Positions 40,377-51,266 are shown, counted from the first letter of the stretch. The stretch is 64,000 nucleotides of DNA from an uncultured Candidatus Cloacimonadota bacterium (GCA_964490765.1 CAZBDV010000001.1:50685-114684), one strand, 5' to 3'. Notes: generated from the letters alone by a model not told the origin. Numbers and translations are program-made.

Positions 40377-41381
40377 TTATCTTACTATAACGATTTCAGG
40401 TTCCGGGCGTATTCTATAAACCTTGAAAACGGCATCGGCCATCCTGTCAATTAGATTGATAACATCATCTGCCCGGGCATTTCCTCTATTAATGATTATA
40501 TTGCCGTGATATGGAGATATCACTGCTGCACCACTCCTCAGACCTTTCAGGCCCAACTCGTCTATTATCAGACCTATTGGTTTCCCGAGTTCTCTACTAT
40601 TCTTGAAGATTGAGCCGGCAGACGGGTAATCAAAATGTCTGTAATTTGCTCTTTGCTGTTCGATCTCAACGAATCTTTCTCTTCTATCATCAGGTACTTT
40701 AACAAGCGATTTTAACTTATGGAATGCGCGGTAGAAGTTTGTCAGATGAGAAATAGAAGTGACATTGCTGTCTAGAAATTTCTGGATCTGCTGCATTATG
40801 TTCTTTGAGTTTGAAATTTCAGCTGGGAGAGGGATGTGAGCTCTGGTTATCAGCCAGGGTTTTCTCTGAAAAATGGATGTTTTATAACTGAATTCACACT
40901 CTTCAACACTGATTGTTTTGTTTCCCGCTCCGATGTCTTCTAAATCGAGATATTCGATTTCTTTAACTATCCCGGCCATCTCTCTCTCAAAATAGCGGGC
41001 ATTAATATAAATGCCTGCTCCAATGCTACCAGGAAGGAGATATGTGAAGTCGAAAAGATCAGTATTGGCTACTAATCCGATGATGGATAGAATTGAGAGG
41101 GGCAATCCTGCGGAGGCAATAAACTGTCCCTCATGTATTCTGAATCTATTCAATCTCTGCAAGGAGATATAGCAACTGTCTGCTGAGGGGTGATCAGGAA
41201 ATAGAAGATTGGACCCGAACCCAAAAAAGAAAGGCCTTAACTGCTCTTTTTTTAGTAAATCGAGTATCTGTATCAATTCTTCGCAATTTACTGGTTCGGC
41301 AAAATGGTTTGCCTTCCCCCCTATCCGGAAGGAGGAATACTCTTTCAATTCTATATCACTTTTTATCAATGTGGAGTTCAT
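40377..41381 (-). CDS. murB: UDP-N-acetylenolpyruvoylglucosamine reductase
   Basis: SFRIGGKA, GFGSNLL, PGSIGAGIYINA, FSYKTSIF, PSAGSIFKN, HGNIIIN and EPE. Confidence 0.9.
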   Translation of the reverse strand: MNSTLIKSDIELKEYSSFRIGGKANHFAEPVNCEELIQILDLLKKEQLRPFFFGFGSNLLFPDHPSADSCYISLQRLNRFRIHEGQFIASAGLPLSILSIIGLVANTDLFDFTYLLPGSIGAGIYINARYFEREMAGIVKEIEYLDLEDIGAGNKTISVEECEFSYKTSIFQRKPWLITRAHIPLPAEISNSKNIMQQIQKFLDSNVTSISHLTNFYRAFHKLKSLVKVPDDRRERFVEIEQQRANYRHFDYPSAGSIFKNSRELGKPIGLIIDELGLKGLRSGAAVISPYHGNIIINRGNARADDVINLIDRMADAVFKVYRIRPEPEIVIVR

Positions 41382-41400
41382 CCAGCCTCACATTATATCT

Positions 41401-43926
41401 TCATCCAGAACGATGAGATTTATTTACCGTCAATAATTTTTCTCTCTCTATTTGATACCGTCCTGTATTCTCCCGAGCAATACCAAAGACTGAGGCCAGG
41501 ATATCGTAGATACTGGCACCGGATATCTTTTTCATTATAATGAGCCTTCTATCTTCTAGCTCCATTGAATTTATAATGTCCCTCAGGTCAATGTTACGAG
41601 TTTTCCCTTTTCTCGTTTTACTGAACATCCAGTGCGAGCTGGCAAAATAATCGGATAATTTTCTTTTCATCTGAGACAGCTCATCTTCAGGAACAGAGAT
41701 CACACACATTTCATACAGATAATTTTCCAACTTCGGCAACTCATCAAGATCTGGCTGGCTAACTGCAAGCCATTCCCAGTCAGCAATCGGAGTTTTACAT
41801 AAAGCAGCCAACACCTCTGCTGGCTTAAGCGGTTTGTTCAGTTCAATATCGAGTAATTCATTACTGCCTTCTATACCAACAGATAATGGAGGGCCGAATT
41901 GAATTTTTGGATGTTTGTTATACCCCTGAGTATATACGATTGGTAATTCGCTCATTCGCAAGAGTCGATGCATCATACGCAGGGTATCAAGATGAGAGAC
42001 AAAGCGTAACAATCCTTTTTTAGCATATCTAATACGATATGGGAAACCTGGAACATTTTTCCGCTCCCTATCTTCAAGAATCAGAACAGGTTTTTGTGCA
42101 TAAGATGAAAAAACTGGTTTAAGCTCCTCATCACAGACTCCACAAGCGGTACATTTACCATGCCGGCAGTCTTCGATAACAAGTTCCTTCCGGGCATTTT
42201 CCAGTTCAGAGAGGAGGAATTTTTTTGTTACGCCGCTATCTATATGATCCCAGGGGAGATCTGCATCTACATCCAGTTCTCGGATGCATTCCCTGAGATC
42301 TATACCAATGGTTTCGGCACTCCGGGACCAGAATTCAAGATTAAACGACTCATTCCAACCGTCGAACACAGCACCGTTCAGATAGGCCTGCAGTATTAAT
42401 TTTCCGGTGTTTCTGTCGCCTCGACATATAATTGCTTCCAGAAAAGAGGTATCAACGTCGTGGTATTTGATTTTGATTCTCTTATATCTGCTTAATCTCT
42501 TCTTGATCTGATAGATCCTATTTAAAAGCAAATCACGGGGTAGCATCTCTACCCATTGAAAAGGTGTATGCGGTTTGGGAACAAAGGGTGAGATGGTAAT
42601 GTTAATAATCAACCTATTACCACTCAGTTGCACAATCCTATCGATCAATTTACCGATCTCTTCGATATCCTCGACGGTTTCACCAGGCAATCCGATCATG
42701 AAATAGAGCTTCAGTATCTTCCATCTGTTGGCGGTCGCGAGCTTAACCAGTTCCAGTATCTGTTCCTCTGTGATATCCTTGTTGATGACATTCCTCAACC
42801 GTTGAGAGCCCGCTTCTGGTGCAATAGTGACCCCATTCTGACGTAGAGAGTTCATTAGTTTGAGAATGTCGTCGTCAAGGCTATCGACCCTCAAAGAGGG
42901 TAGTGACAGTTCTGTTTCATAACCGGCAAGATGTGAGTATATCTCGATCAATAACGGCTTGATGCAGGTATAGTCTGCTGAAGAGAGAGAGAGAAGAGCA
43001 GCCTCTTCCCACCCGTTTTTTCTTACTTCAGTCAATAGTTGTTTCGTAATATCTTCGACCGCTCTCTCTCTTACTGGCCGGTAATAAAATCCAGCAAAAC
43101 AGAAACGACATCCCCGGCTGCAGCCCCTCATTATCTCCGTTATGTATCTGTCATGTGTAGCCTGTTGCCAGGATATAAGCTGTTTGGTATAGGTTTTACC
43201 ATGGGCAAAGTCATTATACTTTCGGACTCTTATCGTTGAGGGATAATCATTTGAAAGCGGCTTCAGTCCTTTCTCAGTATATAAGTACAAAGAGGGAACA
43301 TAAACTCCATCAATAGTATGCAGATTCTCCAGTATCCGTTTTCTACTCCACCCTTCATTTTTACCTTTTTTAATCAAATTCTTGATTTTGATGATTCCCT
43401 CTTCAGCCTCTCCAATAAAGAAGAGGTCAATGAATATAGCAAGAGGTTCGGGATTGGCTGAGCAGAGGCCACCGGCAATAATCAACGGGTCATCTTCGCT
43501 TCTTTCCTCTGATAAGATTGGTATATCTGCCAGATCAAGCATAAAGAGAAGATTGGTATAGGTCAGTTCGGACTGGAGAGTAAAGCCAATAACATCGTAT
43601 TCCTTGAGAGCAACCCCATTTTCCAGGGAGAATAGAGGAACTTTTTTATCTCTCAATTGCTCGGCAAAATCGAGCCAAGGTGCATATACTCTATCGGCTG
43701 TTGCATCAATTTCTTCATTGAGGATTGAATAGAGGATCTTCAAACCGAGGTGTGAAAATCCGACTTCATAGAGATCGGGAAAAGCGAGACAGAAATTGAC
43801 TTTATCCTTTGAAGGGAAATTATAACGGGAATTTATCTCTCTGTTTGTATATCGGGAAGGTTTGTTGACAGCCGGTAACAATTTATGAAAATCAACTCGG
43901 GAGTATGTTTTATTGGTTGAACTCAT
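41401..43926 (-). CDS. TIGR03960-family radical SAM protein fused to a TIGR03936/DUF2344-like domain
   Basis: KPSRY, FPDLYEVGFSHLG, EIMRGCSRGCRFC, APEAGSQRLR, a C-terminal CxxxxCxxCGxC, then RYAKKGLLRFVSHLD...YTQGYNKHPK. Confidence 0.9.
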   Translation of the reverse strand: MSSTNKTYSRVDFHKLLPAVNKPSRYTNREINSRYNFPSKDKVNFCLAFPDLYEVGFSHLGLKILYSILNEEIDATADRVYAPWLDFAEQLRDKKVPLFSLENGVALKEYDVIGFTLQSELTYTNLLFMLDLADIPILSEERSEDDPLIIAGGLCSANPEPLAIFIDLFFIGEAEEGIIKIKNLIKKGKNEGWSRKRILENLHTIDGVYVPSLYLYTEKGLKPLSNDYPSTIRVRKYNDFAHGKTYTKQLISWQQATHDRYITEIMRGCSRGCRFCFAGFYYRPVRERAVEDITKQLLTEVRKNGWEEAALLSLSSADYTCIKPLLIEIYSHLAGYETELSLPSLRVDSLDDDILKLMNSLRQNGVTIAPEAGSQRLRNVINKDITEEQILELVKLATANRWKILKLYFMIGLPGETVEDIEEIGKLIDRIVQLSGNRLIINITISPFVPKPHTPFQWVEMLPRDLLLNRIYQIKKRLSRYKRIKIKYHDVDTSFLEAIICRGDRNTGKLILQAYLNGAVFDGWNESFNLEFWSRSAETIGIDLRECIRELDVDADLPWDHIDSGVTKKFLLSELENARKELVIEDCRHGKCTACGVCDEELKPVFSSYAQKPVLILEDRERKNVPGFPYRIRYAKKGLLRFVSHLDTLRMMHRLLRMSELPIVYTQGYNKHPKIQFGPPLSVGIEGSNELLDIELNKPLKPAEVLAALCKTPIADWEWLAVSQPDLDELPKLENYLYEMCVISVPEDELSQMKRKLSDYFASSHWMFSKTRKGKTRNIDLRDIINSMELEDRRLIIMKKISGASIYDILASVFGIARENTGRYQIEREKLLTVNKSHRSG

Positions 43927-43956
43927 GAATTCGGGATACAGGAATGACGGGTAGTA

Positions 43957-44655
43957 TCAGAAGGATCTTATATACAGATCAAAAAGGTCATCTTCAGTTG
44001 AAATATTATGAATGGTACTCAGGATCATATATTCTGACAGATAATCGTTACAATCAGTTATATAACTAAACTTGATCTCTTGCTCATCTTCTGTAGTGGT
44101 ATATAATTTTTCCTCGTCTTCAATGGCTCGTGCCTCTATCTCTGCGTCATCTGTGTCATCAAGCAGGGGCTCTATCACTCCTGATTCGTCCAGGTAGTCT
44201 TCCTCAAGCTCCAAATCTGGAAGAGGTTCATCTATAATCTCTTCAGATGCACCTCTGGTTCTGAAGGGGAAAGTCAGTTTTTCTGACTGATATAGCTTTA
44301 CAACAGTGTAAGTAAGTATAGCAATAAGGATAAGGAGAAGTACAAAGAGGATCAGATTTTTGTGAATCAAGATGGTCGGCGGATTTAAAACCTCTTTTGG
44401 TTGACGGGGTATGCAGTGCTCCTGCTTCGGAGCTTTGCTCATCAGATTGTCAATTTCACTCTGGCTGAGCCCTAACACCTTGCCGTAAGTAGTTATGATA
44501 ATTCTTGTATAACCTGTCCCACCAAGATTAGAGAAATCATCCCTTTCGATACTTTTAATGATATTGGGATGTAACTTCGTTTTTGCTGAGATCTCATCAA
44601 GGCTAAGACCTTTTGCCTGTCTTTTCTCCAGTAGAAATTTTCCGATATTTTCCAT
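43957..44655 (-). CDS. RodZ-like protein (N-terminal HTH, single TM, acidic C-terminus)
   Basis: IGKFLLEKRQAKGLSLDEISAKTKL...IERDDF...Y.RIIITTYGKVLGL, followed by a TM segment. Confidence 0.8.
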   Translation of the reverse strand: MENIGKFLLEKRQAKGLSLDEISAKTKLHPNIIKSIERDDFSNLGGTGYTRIIITTYGKVLGLSQSEIDNLMSKAPKQEHCIPRQPKEVLNPPTILIHKNLILFVLLLILIAILTYTVVKLYQSEKLTFPFRTRGASEEIIDEPLPDLELEEDYLDESGVIEPLLDDTDDAEIEARAIEDEEKLYTTTEDEQEIKFSYITDCNDYLSEYMILSTIHNISTEDDLFDLYIRSF

Positions 44656-44656
44656 A

Positions 44657-44989
44657 TTACCTCAAGTTATTTATCAATATCAAACCGGCAATAATACCCG
44701 CTCCATTATAGGCCATATCATACCAGCTGAAACCGGTTGTACCGATCTTTTTATCACTATACTCTTTACTTAAACCTGCTATTGTTGTCAAGCTTACAGA
44801 AAACATCAGACTACTTTGATTAGACTCTCCTATCGCATCATAGCTCACGCCGTAAGTCCAGTAAGTTATATAAGCACTGGCAATAAAATGCATTACCTTA
44901 TCCTTGCCAAACCATGGTGAGCTGGCATTCAGAGAACTGGTTAGAACAACAAGGAGCAGAATGCCCAGGACAAGGAATTTTCCGTTCAT
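44657..44989 (-). CDS. YfiM/DUF2279-like small membrane protein
   Basis: WFGKDKVMHF, KEYSD and GFSWYDMAYNGAG. Confidence 0.75.
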   Translation of the reverse strand: MNGKFLVLGILLLVVLTSSLNASSPWFGKDKVMHFIASAYITYWTYGVSYDAIGESNQSSLMFSVSLTTIAGLSKEYSDKKIGTTGFSWYDMAYNGAGIIAGLILINNLR

Positions 44990-44991
44990 AA

Positions 44992-45864
44992 TTACTTGAA
45001 GGGGTATTCCAGTATTCCGTTACAGATCTGAGTTACCGGGCCAATGAGACTACAGACTGTCCCTTTATCATTTAAGTTTATAGTCACTGTTCCACCCGGG
45101 AACTTGACATCAACCTCAGTATCCAGGAAACCAAGAAGTTGTCCGGCATAAGCCACTGCGCAGGCTCCAGAACCGCAGGCTAATGTTTCTCCCGTTCCTC
45201 TTTCCCAGACTCTTACCTCCACTTTACGGGGGTTGATGATTTTGACTAATTCGACATTAACTCCATCGGGGAAAGTACCTTCATGGTGGATCATCGGGCC
45301 TACTGTCTGTATCAGGTCAGGATGTGTTATATCTGCACTGTAATCTTGAAATCTATCGATTATGACAAAGTGAGGATTGCCGACCGACACAGGAAGTCCT
45401 ATCCATCTGTCGATATTGATCAGATTCTCTACTGCATCATCATCTTTATTATGGCCCAGAAGGATCATTCTCAGGTTTTTGAAAGTGACTTTAGTCTGGA
45501 ATTTATCATCACTCTCGATTATACTACCTTGAATAATCTCGGAGCCAATCCTGATCTTATAATCTCTCTTTTTTGAGTTATCTTTTTTATAGAGAAGAAG
45601 CATAACTGACCTCAGAGCAGTACCACAAGTTTCTGCTTCACTTCCGTCAGCGTTCCAGATTCTCATCAATGTATCTGCTTCATCATCGGGTAGCAAAATT
45701 ACCATTCCATCCGAACCTATACCTCTATGCCTGTCAGAAACGAATCTGGCTAACTTTGAGAGATTAACATTCGGGAGTTCCTGTTCTATACAATCGATAT
45801 AGATATAGCTGTTTCCCTGTGCCTGGATCTTGCTGAACTCTATCGAAATCGGCTTCACTTTCAT
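44992..45864 (-). CDS. dapF: diaminopimelate epimerase
   Basis: RHRGIGSDG, NADGSEAETCG, VSVGNPH, FPDGVNVE and VWERGTGETLACGSGACA; both catalytic Cys present. Confidence 0.93.
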   Translation of the reverse strand: MKVKPISIEFSKIQAQGNSYIYIDCIEQELPNVNLSKLARFVSDRHRGIGSDGMVILLPDDEADTLMRIWNADGSEAETCGTALRSVMLLLYKKDNSKKRDYKIRIGSEIIQGSIIESDDKFQTKVTFKNLRMILLGHNKDDDAVENLINIDRWIGLPVSVGNPHFVIIDRFQDYSADITHPDLIQTVGPMIHHEGTFPDGVNVELVKIINPRKVEVRVWERGTGETLACGSGACAVAYAGQLLGFLDTEVDVKFPGGTVTINLNDKGTVCSLIGPVTQICNGILEYPFK

Positions 45865-45875
45865 ACTCTCCTTTA

Positions 45876-46637
45876 TTATGTGTTCTCTTCTGGCCCTAAA
45901 AGATCAGTAAATATTTTGCGAAATTCAAAAAATCCTTTGCGTTTATTTATCCAGTGAGAGGCTTTCAATGCACCTACTGCAAATCCTTCTCTGGTTCGGG
46001 CTGTATGCTTCAACTCAATAGAATCGAACGGTGAATCGAAGCCGATAACATGAGTTCCAGGGATACTTCCTCCTCTGATACTGGCAAAATGTAATTCCTT
46101 CTGACCGATTTTGCGGTTTACCCTATCATACTGAACAGTCTCCTTGTCGGAGAAATTGGAGAGAATTATATCCGCAAGATCTCGGGCAGTCCCGGAAGGG
46201 CTGTCTGCCTTTCTGTTATGATGCAGTTCGTAGCCAAAAACATCATAAACCCCTGTCTGCGAGATGAGATTACTACAATACTGAGTGAACAGGAAGAAGA
46301 GATTCATTCCAATCGAGAAATTTCCAGCAAAGATAAGACCAATATTGTGATGAGAAACCAATTCCTTGATTTTTTGCAAATCATTCTGCCATCCAGTTGT
46401 TCCAATGACAATATTCTTATTCAGTGGTGCAATAGTTTCGATATTTTTTAAGACTGCTTCCGGTAGCGAGAAATCGATACAAACATCTACATTACGGAGA
46501 GTTTCGGCAGTAATTTCTTTTTTGTACTCATCCTGTCCAGGATCGAAGATTTCAATAATCTGACAATCATGTTCTGGGGCCAGTTTTTCCAGCATCTTCC
46601 CCATCTGCCCGTAACCAATCAATGCTATATTCAACAT
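45876..46637 (-). CDS. dapB: 4-hydroxy-tetrahydrodipicolinate reductase
   Basis: GYGQMG, IDFS, VIGTTGW, NFSIG, ELHHNRKADSPSGTA and HTARTREGFA. Alternative start GTG 46652. Confidence 0.95.
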   Translation of the reverse strand: MLNIALIGYGQMGKMLEKLAPEHDCQIIEIFDPGQDEYKKEITAETLRNVDVCIDFSLPEAVLKNIETIAPLNKNIVIGTTGWQNDLQKIKELVSHHNIGLIFAGNFSIGMNLFFLFTQYCSNLISQTGVYDVFGYELHHNRKADSPSGTARDLADIILSNFSDKETVQYDRVNRKIGQKELHFASIRGGSIPGTHVIGFDSPFDSIELKHTARTREGFAVGALKASHWINKRKGFFEFRKIFTDLLGPEENT

Positions 46638-46648
46638 CAATCTGATAC

Positions 46649-47767
46649 TCACCTGTATAGGCGCAAAAGTTCCTTAACCCATAGGGTACCATTCTCGAGT
46701 GAAGATATCGTAATGAACTCCTGCAGGGTATGAACATTCTCCATGCCGGTTCCAATAACAACTGTCTTGATACCATGCTGATTGAGGATATTGGCATCAC
46801 TACCACCGCCTCCCCGATGCACTATATCTGGGAGTTTAAGATTTTGAGAGGCCTGACGGGCCAGTGCTACAAGCGGTTCATTTTCCTCTACGTAGAAGGT
46901 TGCATAGCTCTTCTCAACACGGCATTCAGCTCTGGCCTGATTTCCGTTGATATTATGCCTGGAAGCAACTCTATTGAAGGTATCACATATCTCAGATGTT
47001 ACTTTATCTAGCTTCTCTTCATTGTGTGAACGGACCTCACCTTTGATCTCAACCGAATCAGGAACGATATTTGTAGCAACACCACCTGATATGATACCGA
47101 GATTACAGGTTGTCTCTGCATCAATCCTGCCCATTGGACTTTTAACAATCGCCTCAGCTGCTATGCTAATAGCATTAAGCCCCTTTTCAGGTTCAACTCC
47201 GGCATGAGCTTTTCTGCCGTGAACGGTAATGTTAACGTTATTTTGAGAAGGGGCACCATTCATGATAGTACCGACTTCATGAGAATCAAAGGTATAACAC
47301 TGCTTAGCTGTCAGCAGGTTATAATCGCAGTTTTTTGCTCCAAGTAGACCTATTTCCTCAGAAATAGTAAAGAGTATCTCGATCGGGGGTATAGGTTCAT
47401 TATTGTCTAACAATTCCTTTATTCCCCAGATTATCTGAGCGATACCTGATTTATCATCAGCACCAAGAACAGTAGTTCCGTCAGATTTGATCACCCCATC
47501 ACTTATGACAGGATTGATCCCTTTACCAGGCACTACAGTGTCCATATGGGCGCACAATAGAACAGGTTTTGAGTTCCGTGTCCCGGGAAATGAGGCAATA
47601 AGGTTACCTGTATTGCCTCCGGTCTTTTCATTGGCAGCATCAAATTTTACGGTAGCTCCCAATTCTTCCAGGTCGGATTTAAGTTTACAGGCTAGGTCTT
47701 TCTCCTGTTTGGATTCACTATCAATTTTCACCAGTGATATGAAGTAGTCTATTAGTGTCTTTTCCAT
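46649..47767 (-). CDS. M20 family metallopeptidase (peptidase T-like)
   Basis: AHMDTV, LGADDKSG, SEEIGLLG, GGGSDAN and HT. Confidence 0.92.
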   Translation of the reverse strand: MEKTLIDYFISLVKIDSESKQEKDLACKLKSDLEELGATVKFDAANEKTGGNTGNLIASFPGTRNSKPVLLCAHMDTVVPGKGINPVISDGVIKSDGTTVLGADDKSGIAQIIWGIKELLDNNEPIPPIEILFTISEEIGLLGAKNCDYNLLTAKQCYTFDSHEVGTIMNGAPSQNNVNITVHGRKAHAGVEPEKGLNAISIAAEAIVKSPMGRIDAETTCNLGIISGGVATNIVPDSVEIKGEVRSHNEEKLDKVTSEICDTFNRVASRHNINGNQARAECRVEKSYATFYVEENEPLVALARQASQNLKLPDIVHRGGGGSDANILNQHGIKTVVIGTGMENVHTLQEFITISSLENGTLWVKELLRLYR

Positions 47768-47981
47768 TCTTATGTTCCTTTTAGTGAAGTATGAATAATG
47801 AGCATAATCTTTCTTAACTTCGATGTGTCAAGAAAAACCTGAACAGAACATAAATCTTCTCTGATTTCTATATAATAAGCGATGAGGTGATGCCTATTTC
47901 GTTGATCTGTTCTTAGATATCTTTCTTAATTATGGATAATATCATAAAGGAAACTAAAGGCTCAAGAAAAGTCTCTTCGGG

Positions 47982-48473
47982 CTAATATCTCTGATTACCG
48001 TAAAGTTGCCATCTTCCATCTTCACGGACAAAAAAGGATATATCACCAAATTCCGAAGAGGGTTCCTGAGTTACCAGGGTTGTATCACTCCCTATCAAGG
48101 TCATCTCGAAGGTTGCTTCTGCCAGATAGTTATCAATTACTACCGTCCTGTTCTGAAGATACATTGTATCGAATGTTAGCAAACGCTGGTACCAGATAAG
48201 TGACTGATCATATTTATCTCTTCCATTGTGCAGAAAATCGTAGTGAAGCATGTCAATAATAACTTCAGGATTGTAGAGTAAAACAGCCTCTTCGATATCA
48301 TCAAGCAGATTGTTAATCTCTATTCTTGCTGCCTCTTCCGGGCCTGTAACCCTGGAACATGAGAAGAGTAGAAACAAAGAGAAAATAAGAGAGAGGAATA
48401 TAGATAAGCGGAAAGGGTACTCCACCTTATTTAGTATAACCTGGTCACGAGATTTTTCTCTGATGTTACTCAT
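47982..48473 (-). CDS. hypothetical lipoprotein (NTF2-like fold possible)
   Basis: Hydrophobic stretch with lipobox LFSC; C-terminal F.REDGRWQL typical of NTF2-like domains. Confidence 0.65.
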   Translation of the reverse strand: MSNIREKSRDQVILNKVEYPFRLSIFLSLIFSLFLLFSCSRVTGPEEAARIEINNLLDDIEEAVLLYNPEVIIDMLHYDFLHNGRDKYDQSLIWYQRLLTFDTMYLQNRTVVIDNYLAEATFEMTLIGSDTTLVTQEPSSEFGDISFFVREDGRWQLYGNQRY

Positions 48474-48487
48474 ACGGTCTATCTAAC

Positions 48488-51193
48488 CTACTCCTTTTTC
48501 TTGAATTTCCTGATGATTAACTTCTCCACTTCAACCAGAGAGAAGACAACTAATCCGATTAATAGAGGGAAACGCCATTCAGAAAGGCTTATAGGCCTGG
48601 TATCGAAGAGATTGTTCATCACAGGCAGGTAGGTAAAGAGTAACTGCAGGACGAGTAGTATTCCTACGGCAACAAAGACGTATTTATTATCGAAAAACTT
48701 TTTGGTGATACTCGATTCGTACAGTTTGCGGCAAGTAAAGAGATAAAATAGATGTCCCGCCACCAGCATATTAACAGCAACGGTTCTGGCTGTTTCTATT
48801 TCAAAGAGTTCCTGATGAAGAAAATTCCTCCAGAACATGATAAAGGTAATTCCACCACTCAGGAGCGAAACAAAGGCAACTCGCCAGATGAAATATGGTC
48901 CCAGAATAGGTTTATCGGGTGAACGGGGTGGTAATTTCATAACCTTCTGCTCCATCGGTTCTACTGAGAGTGAAAGTGCAAGTGTAACGGCGGAAACCAT
49001 ATTCACCCAGAGAATCTGGACTGGAGTTATCGGCAGAGTCAGGCCGAACAGTATTGCTGCTATAATTACAGTTGCTTCTGCTCCGTTTGCAGGCAGTAAG
49101 AATAGTATGGTTTTGCGAAGATTGTCATAAACGGTTCTCCCCTCTTCCACCGCATTAACGATCGAAGCGAAGTTATCATCGGTAAGTATCATCTCCGATG
49201 AGTCTTTGGCAACTTCAGTCCCTTTGATACCCATAGCTATCCCGATATTAGCCCGTTTGAGGGCAGGTGCATCGTTGACACCGTCACCTGTCATGGCACA
49301 GAGCAGATTGTTGGCCTGTAATGCTTTGACTAATCTCAGCTTGTGTTCGGGCGAAGTCCTGGCAAAGACATTATGATCTCGAGCAATCTTCTTCAGTTCG
49401 TCATCACTCATCTCCTCCAGCTCGCTACCGGTAACAACCTCCTTTGATTCTGAAATTCCCAGTTCTTTTGCAATAGCCTGGGCTGTGATAGCATGATCTC
49501 CAGTAATCATAACCACCCTTATTCCAGCCTCTTTGCATTCTTTGATTGCCTCTAATACCTCTTCTCTAGGTGGATCAATTATGCCTATCAGGCCGAGCAT
49601 CATTAGGTCATTTTCGACATCATCAAAATCTACAGTGCTTTTATCATTACTTACTTCTCGATAAGCTACTCCGATTAACCGTTCCCCTCTTTCAGCAATT
49701 TCTTTGAACTTGTCCTGCCAGTAATCCTTATCGAGTTTCTTTTCACCGTCTGAAGAAAGCTGTTTACTGGACATCTCAAGTAATTTTTCCGGAGCCCCTT
49801 TAACAAATATGTATCGCTTGCCACCAGTCTCATTCAGGGTGGCCATAAATTTGTACTCCGAATCGAAGGGAATAGTATCCACCCTTTTCGGATTGAAATC
49901 CTCTAACCCGAGCTTGTAGGCCAGTGTCTTCAACGATCCTTCTGTAGGGGTTCCTTCCAGTTTCCAGTCTCCATCACCGGTCTCATTGATCTCCGAATTG
50001 TTACAGGCCGAGATACTCTTTGCCAGTAGCTCCAGAACAGTCTCTTTTTCGATATCGACATCACTCTCACCTTTCGTCACTTTACCTTCAGGTGCGTAAC
50101 CTACTCCCTGAACCTCATAGATATCTTCAGAAGTAATGATCGATTTTGCGGTCATTTCATTTCTTGTTAGGGTTCCTGTTTTATCAGAACAGATTACACT
50201 GACTGCACCGAGAGTTTCGACAGACGGGAGTTTTCTTATGATCGCATGCCGTCTGGCCATTCTCTGAACACCGATGGCAAGTGTAATAGTCATAATAGCT
50301 GGCAACCCTTCAGGTATGGAAGCTACGATAATACTTATAACTGCCATTATCGCATCGAAGAGAGCGTAGTCTCTTATTATATTGGCGATAAGGAAAACTA
50401 CTGCACCGAGGCCGACAATGAATACAGAGAGCATTTTCCCGAAACGGTCTATCTTCTGTAGTAATGGAGTAGTGATCTCTTCGACATCTCCGAGCATCCG
50501 GGAAATTTTTCCTATCTCGGTCTTCTCTCCTGTGGCTATCACGATCCCTGTAGCCTCACCACTCGTAACCATGGTTCCGGAAAAGGCCATCGAATGCTGA
50601 TCTCCAAGCCCGGCATCTTCCTCTGCTTTATCTGGTTTCTTGCTTACGTCAGAAGATTCTCCGGTTAATATCGACTCCTCAGCCCGCAATTTTTTTGCCT
50701 TCAGAATACGGATATCTGCCGGTACCTTATCTCCTGAACTGAGCAGCAATATATCACCCGGAATGAGATCCGTAGCATCTATCTTCTTGCGATGACTCTC
50801 CCTTATGACCTGCGCTTCCAGCGAGAGCATTTTCTTGATGCTCTCTATCGCTTTCTCTGCTTTACCTTCCTGAATAAAACCGACGATTGTATTGATCAAG
50901 ACAACAGCCAGGATAACAAATGTGTCTATCCAGTGACCCATAAGAGCAGTAACCAGGGATGCTAATAGTAATAGATAGATTAGTATATTATGAAATTGAG
51001 CGAGAAAGCGCATCAGGGCACTTCGTTTCTTACCTTCCGGGAGCTTATTAGGCCCGAATTCTTCCAGCCGTTTCTCTGCTTCATTCTGGCTCAAGCCCTT
51101 TTCCAGAGAGCTCCTTAACTCATCTATTACTTCTTCTACTTCAATACTATGCCATTTCTTGTCTTCTAAATCTCTCTTCTCTATCTCTGCCAT
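48488..51193 (-). CDS. cation-transporting P-type ATPase (P2A, Ca2+-type)
   Basis: TGES, IPEGL, CSDKTGTLT, KGAPE, MITGD and TGDGVNDAPALK. Start set at MAEIEK because the ATG at 51259 lies inside the promoter. Confidence 0.95.
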   Translation of the reverse strand: MAEIEKRDLEDKKWHSIEVEEVIDELRSSLEKGLSQNEAEKRLEEFGPNKLPEGKKRSALMRFLAQFHNILIYLLLLASLVTALMGHWIDTFVILAVVLINTIVGFIQEGKAEKAIESIKKMLSLEAQVIRESHRKKIDATDLIPGDILLLSSGDKVPADIRILKAKKLRAEESILTGESSDVSKKPDKAEEDAGLGDQHSMAFSGTMVTSGEATGIVIATGEKTEIGKISRMLGDVEEITTPLLQKIDRFGKMLSVFIVGLGAVVFLIANIIRDYALFDAIMAVISIIVASIPEGLPAIMTITLAIGVQRMARRHAIIRKLPSVETLGAVSVICSDKTGTLTRNEMTAKSIITSEDIYEVQGVGYAPEGKVTKGESDVDIEKETVLELLAKSISACNNSEINETGDGDWKLEGTPTEGSLKTLAYKLGLEDFNPKRVDTIPFDSEYKFMATLNETGGKRYIFVKGAPEKLLEMSSKQLSSDGEKKLDKDYWQDKFKEIAERGERLIGVAYREVSNDKSTVDFDDVENDLMMLGLIGIIDPPREEVLEAIKECKEAGIRVVMITGDHAITAQAIAKELGISESKEVVTGSELEEMSDDELKKIARDHNVFARTSPEHKLRLVKALQANNLLCAMTGDGVNDAPALKRANIGIAMGIKGTEVAKDSSEMILTDDNFASIVNAVEEGRTVYDNLRKTILFLLPANGAEATVIIAAILFGLTLPITPVQILWVNMVSAVTLALSLSVEPMEQKVMKLPPRSPDKPILGPYFIWRVAFVSLLSGGITFIMFWRNFLHQELFEIETARTVAVNMLVAGHLFYLFTCRKLYESSITKKFFDNKYVFVAVGILLVLQLLFTYLPVMNNLFDTRPISLSEWRFPLLIGLVVFSLVEVEKLIIRKFKKKE

Positions 51194-51237
51194 ATACCCT
51201 CTTTTCTGATTATAGTTGTTATTCATCAATATTCCAT

Positions 51238-51266
51238 ATTTTAACCTACCTCCTTCCATTTGTCAA
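51238..51266 (-). promoter_or_regulatory. sigma70 promoter of the P-type ATPase
   Basis: Minus strand TTGACA-17 nt-TAAAAT, near consensus. Confidence 0.75.
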
